NCBI GenBank assembly: GCA_964016885.1
Contig: OZ024740.1
Span: forward strand, 320,230,001 to 320,294,000
Source: Eledone cirrhosa
Taxonomy: Eukaryota
Direction of reading: 5' to 3'
Length of the DNA stretch: 64,000 nt
The position numbers and the translations under genes were made by a program. This document shows positions 33,981 to 46,221 of this stretch, piece after piece (position 1 is the first letter of the stretch; every line of letters starts with the position of its first letter). The notes beneath the pieces are model-generated. The model saw only the letters and a list, made by a program, of their open reading frames with translations. It was not told the origin of the DNA and ran no database searches.

Positions 33981-35254
33981 AAATGAATTTTTCTCTGTTC
34001 AGGATTTATATTCCTGTTGGTGTTCGCTTGATGAACTTTTGGTCGTGATATTATATTTGGTTTCGTTATGTATTTTGTCCTATTTTTGGTATCCTGTATA
34101 TTATTTTTCTTCCTGTTAGCATTATTTTTAACAATCTGGGAAAATGACCTAGGTTTGCTTTCAGGTTTAGATCGTTTTTTCGTCCAGTTTCTTGTGGGCA
34201 ATCTCTGTTGAGATCTTGAGAGTGATCTGGTTATTCTACGTTTTGTTTCCACATTCCTTGTTGGTAGTCTCTGTTGAGATCTTGAGAATGATCTCCTGGT
34301 TTTACTACTTCTCATGGTCTGGTCAAAGGAATACCTATCGTGTTTGTGCTTTTTGTTCATGTTGTGTGCGATAGGGTGTTTTTGTAGAAAAAGCGAAGAG
34401 TTATTACCGTAGTTCTTCTTTGATTCAAGGTAAGGTGAGTGTTTGTGTTGGCACGTGTTCTGGCGTATGTTGTGTTGATGAGATTGTCCACTTTTAATGC
34501 TTTTTCTCAGGGTTCCAGAGTCTTTACCGTAATTTGCAGCATATTCATCGAGAAATAATTGTTTCTGCTGCCATACCTTTCTTGATTTGTTTTCTTCTTT
34601 TGAGATATCTCCGATCCATAGTTCTCGTAGTTTTTCAGCTATAATACCAGTCGTTAGCTTTGAAATTTCAACTTCAATTTGGTCATCAATAGCTTCATAT
34701 TTGGCTTTGTAGCGGGATTGTTTACATTCAGAAATGGAGATGTCGGTCCTGAATGTTGTCAATGTAAGTTCCCATCGGAGTTTTGTTTCTTCTTCTGGTT
34801 CTCCTGCAATTTCTGTAATTAGGTATTTACGAGGGAGTATGGGTGCCGTTAGAGAGAGCCATTTCGAATGTGTTTCGACATATTTTTCGCATCTGTATGC
34901 TTTCCAGAAATTTTGTTTTCTTATGTTAAGGAATTTTTTCCATGTCTTCCACATTTCTTTTCTTATTCGATGTGTTTTGTTTTCCAAATTTCTTTCGTTT
35001 ATTTCTGACATCCAAGGGGGTTGTGGTAGGCTTTCTCTTGTATCTTTGATAACTGTTGGTATAATTTCAGCTAAATTCTTAATTTCAGAGTTTATATGTT
35101 CAGTTATAAGTTTTCCGTCTGTAGATTGTTTTTCTATTTCCTTTAAAATAGAGGATTGTGTATCCATCATCGTGATAAGTGTTGATAATTTCGATGATAT
35201 CTCCTTTAGAATTCTTTCTGATTCTGTTGGTTTCATTTGTTGCTTTCCAGACAT
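33905..35254 (-). CDS. Upstream ORF (449 aa) of the Penelope-like element; helical N-half, basic Arg/Ser-rich C-half
   Basis: Uninterrupted 1350-nt ORF in AT-rich DNA, starting just after the 5' pseudo-LTR and overlapping the RT frame. Confidence 0.8.
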   Translation of the reverse strand: MSGKQQMKPTESERILKEISSKLSTLITMMDTQSSILKEIEKQSTDGKLITEHINSEIKNLAEIIPTVIKDTRESLPQPPWMSEINERNLENKTHRIRKEMWKTWKKFLNIRKQNFWKAYRCEKYVETHSKWLSLTAPILPRKYLITEIAGEPEEETKLRWELTLTTFRTDISISECKQSRYKAKYEAIDDQIEVEISKLTTGIIAEKLRELWIGDISKEENKSRKVWQQKQLFLDEYAANYGKDSGTLRKSIKSGQSHQHNIRQNTCQHKHSPYLESKKNYGNNSSLFLQKHPIAHNMNKKHKHDRYSFDQTMRSSKTRRSFSRSQQRLPTRNVETKRRITRSLSRSQQRLPTRNWTKKRSKPESKPRSFSQIVKNNANRKKNNIQDTKNRTKYITKPNIISRPKVHQANTNRNINPEQRKIHFLTSEQQKPEKEKLQEETYPKQLYT

Positions 35255-35458
35255 GTTGGCATATACACAATAGGAATATATATATAGATATAGATAGGTA
35301 AATATACACGGGTGTGTATGATTGTGTATAGAAGATTATATTAATAAGAGGAATTCCAACTTTGTCTGATTTACTCGTTTTATTTACAATCCTTTAAAAT
35401 ATATATAATGGTATTATAATGAAATAGTATGATAGAATATTAAATTCTAAGTGTTAAT

Positions 35459-35497
35459 TGAACAAGTACTTTCATGCTTTCGCAATCTTCAGGTTCA
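35459..35497 (-). ncRNA. Minimal hammerhead ribozyme in the 5' pseudo-LTR
   Basis: Identical to 31327..31365. Confidence 0.75.
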
Positions 35498-36047
35498 TGA
35501 TATGTGGTGACAGTCGAGTTTGCAATTTTCAACTGTAATGAGATGGGTAAATTTCCTACCTTTTATACAAAATTTTTATACAAAATTTCCTACCTTTTAT
35601 ACAAAATTTCCTACCTTTTATACAAAAGCAAAACAATTGATACGTTGGATATGACTATTGGTCGTTAGCATGCTCAACCAGCCGTGACGCTTAAACCAAT
35701 CAGCTGTAGTAATTCAGTGAAACTACACACTGATTGGTCGAAATACAGTTTACAGGGCTTTGCATTCTGGAGCCACTTTTCTCTGTATAAAATGTATAAA
35801 AGGTAGGAAATTTACATGGGAGTCGAACCCACATCTTTGGTTATCCGAACCACTGTGCTACCATTTTCACCAACACATCACCCGTCTTTTACCATTCAAA
35901 TTAGAAGCTATAAACTTAGCGACTCTAATGTCAAGTAAGAATATTTTCGAAACAGCGAGTTGATTTGAAATTATTAGAAATGTTAGCTATCGCCGTATTT
36001 TGGCTAAAGAAATTAAAGAAATTATTTAGCCTGATATAAGACGGGTG

Positions 36048-36118
36048 ATGTGTTGGTGTAAATGGTAGCACAGTGATCCGGATAACCAAAGATGTGGGTT
36101 CGACTCCCATGTACGTCA
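36048..36118 (+). other. tRNA-like sequence (pseudo-tRNA or SINE head); inverted copy at ~35813..35880
   Basis: GATGTGT TG GTGT-AAATGGTA-GCAC ... GTGGG TTCGACT CCCAT GTACGTC A folds as a cloverleaf with wobble-rich acceptor stem and non-canonical anticodon loop. Confidence 0.6.
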
Positions 36119-36268
36119 ATACTCATCTTTTTCCATTTCTCCGAGGGTTCTTAACCCCACTATCAGGCTAAATAATTTCTTTAATTTCTTTAGCCAAAAT
36201 ACGGCGATAGCTAACATTTCTAATAATTTCAAATCAACTCGCTGTTTCGAAAATATTCTTACTTGACA

Positions 36269-36314
<46 letters not shown>

Positions 36315-36401
36315 CACGTTATTCCGGGTTAAATCGGAGGTAACCACAGTAAGCAAGGTACTCAATACATAGCAGAGTATAAAAGTTTTAATATAGATGA
36401 G

Positions 36402-36448
36402 ATTCTACAGGACTAGAACTGTTTCATTCTTTAGAAATCATCAGGAAT
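36402..36448 (-). ncRNA. Minimal hammerhead ribozyme in a short (TA)n-flanked repeat
   Basis: attc CTGATGA tttc-taaa-gaat GAAA cag-ttctagtc-ctg TA gaat; relatives at 46290..46365 and 50460..50650. Confidence 0.7.
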
Positions 36449-37022
36449 ATATATATATATATATATATATATAACAGAGTGTTGTAGTTTGCTTGAAGCA
36501 TTGTTGAATAGGAAACACAAATTTAAATAATTTTAAAAACCATACAATGCACTAGAAAGAAAATCAAGATTGCTAAGATAACAAAAGAATCTTACCTTAG
36601 TAAATTTAATAATCTCAAATATTTTCGGGTTTAAAAGCTCATTATCAAGGGAGTATCCCCATGAGAGACTTAAAAGATTAATCAGAGTTGACTTAGAATA
36701 ATTGTGTGTCCATGAACATGCGTAGTTAGGTAGCAGGCTCTGGCGTAGAGTAAATATTCAACGCAACCAGTCGATATTAATAAGGTAAATATTTACAGAA
36801 GACTTTATCATTATGAGACATTATGTGGAAATACATATCAACAATATATGTGCGCGCGTCTGTGTTGTTCTATGTATGTGCATAAGTGTGTGTATGTGTA
36901 TAGGAGTGTATTTTTTTTTTCGCTCTAGTCTTATCTATTGAGTACTTTAGCTAACTATGCACAAAACTACTGATTCTTTTTTTCTTTTTAGAAATATTGA
37001 TTGTTCCCCCTCTCCGCCCTCT

Positions 37023-37098
<76 letters not shown>

Positions 37099-37155
37099 GT
37101 GTGTGTGTATGTACGGTGTTTGTGTGTGTTTATGTATGTATATATACATACATTC

Positions 37156-37227
<72 letters not shown>

Positions 37228-37440
37228 ACATACATACTTAAACACACACAAACACGCACATACACACATATTACACATACACACACTTTAGCTAACTATG
37301 CACAAAACTACTGATTCTTTTTTTCTTTTTAGAAATATTGATTGTTTCCCCTTCTCCTCCCTTTCCCTTTATATGTGTGTGTGTGTGTGTACATACATAC
37401 TTAAACACACACAAACACGCACATATATATATTATATATA

Positions 37441-37519
<79 letters not shown>

Positions 37520-37549
37520 GAAGAATAGCGATTTACTATCTTTGTAATA

Positions 37550-38050
37550 TCTAAACTGAACGTGATTTGGAAGAACTGACTGGAATATTTTTAAAAGATC
37601 GAAGAAAAGATTAATCAAAGCTTTGATTTGTCCAGTTGTGACCTACGGAGTAGAAACGTGGATAATTAATATAACTGATCAGACAAGAACTGAAGCTTTT
37701 GAAATGTTGTATTGGAGAAAATGCTGCGAGTTTCTTGAACTGAAAAGCACGCAAACGAATCAATTTTCAGGAAATTGAAGAAAATAAACCATTATTTGAC
37801 ATGTTCATGCAATGGCAACTGAAATATTTTTGACATAATATGAGTAAATATGATAGTCTTGAGAAAAGTATTCTTTTGGGAATGATGGAGGTAGAGAGGA
37901 GGGAGGTGTAAGGAGTACACCAAAGACGAAGATGGACATATGGAATCCGCTGTTTTATGAATAAAACTTTGAATAAACTAGATTTTTGGTTAATGAATTG
38001 ATTGGCAACAAGAGTTTTTGAAGCGAACAGGGAGGTCTGGGTCATTACGG
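37550..38050 (+). pseudogene. Decayed RTE-clade RT C-terminal fragment
   Basis: KRLIKALICPVVTYGVETW..EAFEMLYWRK..QLKYF..SLEKSILLGMME. Confidence 0.8.
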
Positions 38051-38068
38051 CCCGCACACGTGGGCGTG

Positions 38069-38497
<429 letters not shown>

Positions 38498-39975
38498 TTA
38501 TTCTATGTCCCCGCGCATATACATACACATGCACCCATGTATATGCACATATACATATACATACATATGTACATGCGTATATACATATGTACACACTTGT
38601 GGATGGCCGTTGACTCAGGTTTTGTTTTTTGTCCTGCAGGGTGTCCAAAATCACCCTCCTCACCAAGTAAACTTCGTGGAGCTGCCAGTTTACTCAATAA
38701 TTAGGGTAGTAGAGTGGGAAATAGGAAAAAGTATGACCCCGACGGCAGAGCTCAAGCCGTTTCGGCGGCTATTTCAGGGAAGATTAATCATATTATAAGG
38801 TATCTATTTTTGAAGTTCTAGTTAACTTTATTTAGTTACCTACCTAGCTATGTGTGGTTACACACTTGTAAACATTATCCCCTGTGATTGTTTCATATGT
38901 TTATTTATATGTTAATCAATTTCTAGTTGTTATAAAATGCTCGGACCTACTCATTAGAATCTTGGAGCTTATTTTACGGGTGATATGGCGCATGCCTTTC
39001 TGGCATGACACCCATAATTTTGATTTAGATTAAATTCACTTTGATTTATCTTAATTTTGGATATATATATATATATATATGAAAAACAAGGGGAGAAGAA
39101 TACTGCATGGTTGCACATGGATTACATATTATAAAATTAGTCCCTCATCAGTGATTTGCCAACCATCATTGGTATTTCATCGCATTAAAAATCAGATACC
39201 TCAGGTTGGTGCGAGCAATAACTAAAATAAGCTATTGGGACAAGTGAGTCGCGTAAAGCGAGTGAGACAAGTAAACAACAGAAGGAAAAGCAAACCGAAG
39301 GTTGGAAAACAGCAAGCCACATGATAGTTATCCGATCAGCATAAGGTGGGTGAATTTCATGAGCGGTCAGAGAAGCAGACCGTACGCCGTGAATGCGGTG
39401 TGAGAAAGAAGGAACCCCACTACTAGCGAACGGGAGGAAGTGAGAAGGGGAGAAACAGAGAGTGAGTGAGTGGAAGTGCGAGGAAGAGGGCAGTCGAGAG
39501 AAAAAGTGTAACTGACAGAGAGGGCGAAAGAAGGTAAGAGAAACAGAGAGAACGGGGGAGCAGTAAGAGAGAAAGAGAGAAACAGATAATCGCAGTATAT
39601 GAAAAACAAGGGGAGAAGAATACATATATATATATATATATATATAATGAAGGAATTGTGGTAAGGAACCAGATGGACCATAACGCACCAGAGTACTCAA
39701 TACTTAGGGTAGTAGAGTGGGAAATAGGAAAAAGTATGACCCCGACGGCAGAGCTCAAGCCATTTCGACGGCTATTTCTGGACTTTTTTCCTATATATAT
39801 ATATATATATATATAACTTTCTCGCATTCGTCGGTGGCGATTGTCAAACTGATCTCAGGTTGTGTTGTGATGTGTGACTCTATATATAAGAGATTTGGGT
39901 GTGTCAGGGGGTGCAGGGGGTGTTAATGATTGAAAGGGTGAAGGAGTGTTGATGAAGATTTAAAAGAATTAAAGC

Positions 39976-40018
<43 letters not shown>

Positions 40019-40019
40019 C

Positions 40020-40460
40020 AGAAAATAGTGAATGGTAACAGCAATCAATTATCTTGGTGGTACCATATATATAGTTATTAACTGCCTCAGTACAAATATT
40101 GAGAAACTAGGCTTCACAGAAACAGAATTAACACAACTAGTTAGGAAATTACAAGTACAATCCATTAATCCATTAAAATATTTAAAACATTACAAAAACC
40201 TGCATCTAATAACTGCATGTACAGATGTACAGTACAAAGCATAGGCACATGCACACATATAACTCAAAATATACACATCCACACATACATTAACATCATA
40301 CCTGCACACACATGCATACATGCAGACATGTATACATATCTACATAGTTGCTGTTGTGTAAATTCCAATGTGAGAGTATTGTATCTATGTTAGAAACCGA
40401 CTCTCCCTCTTTCTGGGTAAAAATTTATAAAATTATAAAACCAGAACATACATACATGCA
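40020..40460 (+). mobile_element. 3' fragment of the R4/Dong-like LINE family
   Basis: NCLSTNIEKLGFTETELTQLVRKLQ and 3' UTR match 19365..19800; ends in (CATA)n. Confidence 0.8.
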
Positions 40461-40659
40461 CACACACGCACATACAGTTGACTTCTATGAAAACAATAGC
40501 AACCAAATCTCTCTTAAATCAAACCGTGTCATGTTAAAAATGAAGTGGCTTTTGATAGTCTTAGATAGGCTATAACTGATAAAAAGGAGGCGATGGTAAC
40601 GGCTGGTAAACCTTTAATCAGATATCTGCTTGATCAAGCCAACAACAATAACATCCTGT

Positions 40660-41790
40660 TTACAATTCTATTATCCAATATCTCTAGTATCAATGATATT
40701 TGATAGCTTTAATCGATCATATATCCAATATATCGTGTATCTATGATATTTAACATTTATTATCACTCAGTGAAATCTATATCTAACATCTGCTCTACGT
40801 CTCTTATTTAATATTTTTATATCTATGTTATCTAACTTCTGGTATGGCGTTTGTGTTGTTACAGCTCTCACCTGTGTAGGTTTAGTTGGCCTCCTAAGGG
40901 GCGGCATCTCATAGAGTATTTCTCGAGCCTTCAAATGAAAAGACTGGACACCAGTCCATTGTGTGAATTAAACCCCAGCTGTTGCTGGCATTCATTTTCT
41001 TCTCAACTGAATAGACTGGAGCAACGTGAAATAAAGCCTCTTGATAAAAAGTACAACCCATCGCCCGTTCCAATACTTGAACTTACGACCTTATAATCCT
41101 GATTCTAACATCCTAACTACTAGGTTACTCACCTTTTATGCAGTATATGTTGTATGTCTGATAGATAACATCTGTTAAAGTTCTGTTATACTTGTATCTA
41201 TAATATCTAAACATGTTTTAGCATTCAATATATATTATATTTACTCGTATAATATAAATCATTTCTTTTACTCTTTTACCTGTTCTAGTCAAGGGGTTGC
41301 GGCCGTACTGGGATACGATTCTAATATATCATACAGCTCAGTTATCTAACATATCATATCTATAATCTTTCACATTTCTCATGGTTCTCTTAATCGAATA
41401 TCTCTGCTATATGTGATCTATAACATCTGTTGTAAGTCTGTTACCTAACATTTGTGTTATCTAGGATATCCAACATCTCTTGTCAATCTATTATGCAACA
41501 TCACTTGTGTCTACGATTGCTAACATATGTTATAAATATATTATCCGGTAAAGCTTGTATTCATTATATTTAACATGTGTTATAACTCTGTTAACATCTT
41601 TTGTAATATCTAACATCTATAGCTTCTGCTATCTAAAATATTTTCTAGTCATGATATCTAACACGATATCTTGTCTAATATCTCGTATATCTATGATATA
41701 TATAACATCCTTTATAAATCTTAGAACTAACAGAACTTGTATCTATATTAGTATTAGTTAGAGCTCTGTTATTCAACATTTCGTATAATT
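40660..41790. repeat. Degenerate TATCTAACAT-type minisatellite, interrupted by a SINE (40940..41135, minus)
   Basis: Many diverged TATCTAACATC / TATCCAATATC units. Confidence 0.6.
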
Positions 41791-41796
41791 CTTAGA

Positions 41797-41843
<47 letters not shown>

Positions 41844-41859
41844 ATATATATATATATAT

Positions 41860-42193
41860 GGTATGATATGGTATGATCACTTAACACCTGATGGAGTTGT
41901 AAGCGCACTGTATTGACATGCGGCGTTTCTTGAACATTTTAAGACTGGCGGAACCCATCCCTCCCCAGACCTGAGTACAACAATTTCTTCCAGAGAAAGA
42001 TAGAAAGTGAGAGAGAGGAAATAAGAAAAAGACATAGTGGAAGAATTGACCTCCAGTACTAGACTGGTACTTTTTTATCGATCTCGAATGGATGAAAGGC
42101 AAACTTGACCTCGACGGTATTTGAACTCTGAACCGAAACGAATACTGCAAAGCATTCTACCCGACTTTCTAAAGACTCTGTCAATTGGCCGCC
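41860..42193 (-). mobile_element. SINE with (ATACC)n-type tail, second copy
   Basis: Colinear with 18495..18845. Confidence 0.75.
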
Positions 42194-42195
42194 TT

Positions 42196-42314
<119 letters not shown>

Positions 42315-42424
42315 GTGTGTGTGCGTGTGTGTGTATGTGTGTGCGCGCACGTACGTGCGTTCGTGCGTGCTTGTGTCTATGTGTGTGTGCGTGACTCCCA
42401 GGCTATATATAACTGTATGTTAGC

Positions 42425-43953
42425 TTTCCGCACCTTAAAGGGGGACTTTATCGTGACGATGCATTATTTGTGATAAACTCTAGCACTAATAACATTGAGC
42501 ATAATAGGAAGAAACTATATTTAAGTTTTATAAAAATGTTAACCTTTCGATCACGATTGATAAGAATAATAGAGCAGTCAACTTTTTAGATGTGACATTA
42601 GACTTGGTCACTAAGAGTTATAAACCCTTCCACAAGCCTAATGAGACACTCTCTTACGTTAATCCCAATTCCAACCACCCTAAATCTATGATTAGTTCTA
42701 TAATTAATGGTGTATTTAATAGAATCTCCACACTCTCTAAGGATTTAGGAATCTTTAATTCATATGCAGAGTATTATAATAACGCCCTAGCTAACTCAGG
42801 TTACTCTGGTAAAATACATTATAAGGAGGACAACCTTGAAATGACTCCGATTACCCATAATAACGTAATATCCCATAATATGGCCTTGAATGGGAGTAGA
42901 AAACATAGGAATCATAGAAATATTATAGATATATCTAAACCGAACCCTAAGTTTAGCTACTGAAATAGTAGTCGGATTAGTGAGTCTAATGGTACGCATA
43001 TGGAGATCAGTTCTAGGGAGCAAGATAGGCGCTCTGAACGTTCACCCAGTGGTAATGTTTTAACTGCTTCTAATAGTGTTAATTCAACTGATCCTCATAT
43101 TAACCCTGATCCTATTAATAGGATACCAGATTACGGTAGAGAAAGTAAAGGTAGGAATAGGAGGAGACTCAATACTTACTTTAACCCGCCTTTTGATCAT
43201 GAAGTGTTAACTAATACCCCTAGGTCTTTCTTTTCTATCTTAGAGAAAAATTTCCCTCCTACTAATAAATATCATGGTATATTTAATAAAAACGTAATTA
43301 AACTCTCCTTCTCTACCACCCCTAACATTAATTCTCATCTAGCTAGCACTAACAATAGGAAATTTAGGGATAGCTACTCCTCTTTGCGTACTGCTAATCT
43401 TGATAGCTCTATTGATAATTTACCGCCCGAGCAGATCTTATCTTATAATAACCCTAGGAATAATGCATCGCGTAATCAGCTAGTCACTAGTACCCGGAAG
43501 TGTAACTGTAGAGTAAGTAATAACTGCCCTTTAAATGGTCACTGCCTCTCTAGGAACATTGTTTATGCTTGTGAAGTTAAGACTAATTCTTCTTGTAGCA
43601 CATATATAGGCTCCACATCTAATACTTTTAAAACTAGGTTTAATTCGCATGTTTCCAATTTTAAGCATATCAAGTTTAAGAACTCTACTTCTTTGGCACA
43701 CCATATCTGGGATTTAAAAGGGGCTGGTATACCATATAGCCTAAATTGGCGAATAGTAGCACACTCTAATCACCTATCAACACACACTAAATTCTGTAAT
43801 CTTTGTATCCTAGAGACCCATTCTATAATTTTCTCTAGGAGCATATTGCTTAATAGAAAATCTGAGATATTTTCTTCCTGTCCGCATGCCATTTCTAATT
43901 CTTTCTTCTATTATAGACCTAAAAGTTCCGGTAGTTTAAACCGTATCCATTAG
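42425..43953 (+). pseudogene. Naiad-type RT C-terminus plus GIY-YIG endonuclease
   Basis: ORFs 42592..42963 and 43000..43953 share a frame across one TGA (42961); frameshift near 42515. Confidence 0.85.
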
Positions 43954-45231
43954 CTGCTATATTTCCCTATCTCTTTGGTTTTAGTTCATTTTTATTACCA
44001 TTATTATTAAGTTTCCACGGTTGTTTCGATTTTCGAATTTTAGTTTTCGTAGTCGTATTAGCTACCTCACCATATCTATCATCTTAAACATTATTACATT
44101 TTTACTCAATATTATCGCCTAGTAAGTTTGTATCTTATTGAATAGTTTAATTTTGAGTCTCCTACATCTAAAACTAATGAACCTCCTCCTTTACACACTT
44201 CATATTCGCCCCTTTTTATTATATTATATATTATTTCTACTTTTGTACTCCTTTTTATTATATTATATTATATATTAACTTTTACTTTTATGATCCTTCC
44301 TATCCTCCATAGTTTCACTTCTTTCTGTTCCCATTGGTCTACCATAGTTTTATTTAGAGTTTTTTCTTTGATAACGTAATTCATATGATCGGATCGTAAT
44401 ATATACTATATTATAGTTTTTATTGAAATATCCTAATTTTATACGACTTTGATGAATTAAACTTTGTTCCATTTAGACTTACTAATAATATCCTTTAGGC
44501 AATTTTAATATTAATTAATTTAATAAGGTTTTCTATTCAACTCTTTAGTTTAGAATAATAATACCTTCTATGTTTACATAATGAATCGTTATACCTACGT
44601 ACTGTGCTTGTTTTTGTTTTTTGTTTTTGTTCTTCGTTTTATTTTATTTTATTTATTTTTTTACTACCACGTGATGTCTGTCTTCCTATCATCATCATCA
44701 TTACTTCTTCACTACCACTTGCTGCTTTGTCCTCCTATAATATGCTTTGCATAATAAATTGCCTCCCTATATTAATATAATATATTATTCGCGTAAATAT
44801 CTCTTAAACATTTTCAATTGACTCTGCCAGTCTGCTTTTATATTTTTATATTATTATATCATTTATCATTATAATATTAATATTTATATATCATATTATT
44901 TCTATGTAATGGAATTATACGTATTATTTTATGTCTGATTATTAAGGTACTGTAATATTTTATAAATGTAAACTGCATATACCCCTATATACTTATTATC
45001 AATACTTTATGTACTTATGTATTTATGTATATATATATATTTTTCAACATACTCCAGATTTATTAAGATATTTTTTCTTGCCCTTGTAAAACTTTATATA
45101 CAACTTGTTGACATTAAGTGATATGTATGACGTAATTTTGTATATTTTTGATGTGTGTATATTATATTATTTCTTGTATAGCTTATTTTTGTATAGTTTA
45201 TTTTTTGTATAGTTTATGCGCAGTCAGGGAG

Positions 45232-45501
45232 TTTTTATTTTTATTTTTATTTTTATTTTTATTTTTATTTTTATTTTTATTTTTATTTTTATTTTTATTT
45301 TTATTTTTATTTTTATTTTTATTTTTATTTTTATTTTTATTTTTATTTTTATTTTTATTTTTATTTTTATTTTTATTTTTATTTTTATTTTTATTTTTAT
45401 TTTTATTTTTATTTTTATTTTTATTTTTATTTTTATTTTTATTTTTATTTTTATTTTTATTTTTATTTTTATTTTTATTTTTATTTTTATTTTTATTTTT
45501 A

Positions 45502-45532
<31 letters not shown>

Positions 45533-45843
45533 TTTATTTTTATTTTTATTTTTATTTTTATTTTTATTTTTATTTTTATTTTTATTTTTATTTTTATTTT
45601 TATTTTTATTTTTATTTTTATTTTTATTTTTATTTTTATTTTTATTTTTATTTTTATTTTTATTTTTATTTTTATTTTTATTTTTATTTTTATTTTTATT
45701 TTTATTTTTATTTTTATTTTTATTTTTATTTTTATTTTTATTTTTATTTTTATTTTTATTTTTATTTTTATTTTTATTTTTATTTTTATTTTTATTTTTA
45801 TTTTTATTTTTATTTTTATTTTTATTTTTATTTTTATTTTTAT
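45232..45843. repeat. (TTTTTA)n hexamer array, ~610 bp
   Basis: Direct reading; one phase slip near 45525. Confidence 0.98.
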
Positions 45844-46178
45844 ACTTATTAAGTGTTAGTATGTGTTTGTGTAAATGTATATATATATGGATATATATAT
45901 ATATATACATTTATTAAGCTTTATTACCCATTATATTGTATTGTAATTCTCATATTATATTACCATGTTGTATTTAATGTATTTGTATCATACTGTAATT
46001 TCAACGTGGGTTTGACATTTTACTCACTTCCTTGCCATATAATCTATTTTTGTAACTGCAAACTTTTAGCTTTAGCATGCTTTTCCTTCATATCTCTCAT
46101 AAGTTTTCATAGATATGAATTCCCTATTCTTCTGAGTTTTGGATTGTTCTGGCCGTTAATGCTTCTTATCTGTTTAAT

Positions 46179-46221
46179 TGCCCTGATGAGTCCTTATTAA
46201 TGGGACGAAACATTGTAGGCT
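46179..46221 (+). ncRNA. Minimal type I hammerhead ribozyme, canonical core
   Basis: gcc CTGATGA gtcct-tattaat-gggac GAAA cattg TA ggc, followed by AATAAA. Confidence 0.85.

Larger units (their letters stand above)
31148..35815 (-). mobile_element. Penelope-like element (Neptune-type), near full length, with direct pseudo-LTRs and an inverted LTR segment
   Basis: Direct repeats ~31148..31437 and ~35285..35568; 35624..35815 is the reverse complement of ~31415..31607; RT and GIY-YIG ORFs; (TA)n at the 3' end. Confidence 0.93.

Noticed and set aside
36048-36118. Functional tRNA gene
   Set aside because: Non-canonical anticodon loop, wobble-rich acceptor stem, and the two copies differ in the anticodon arm
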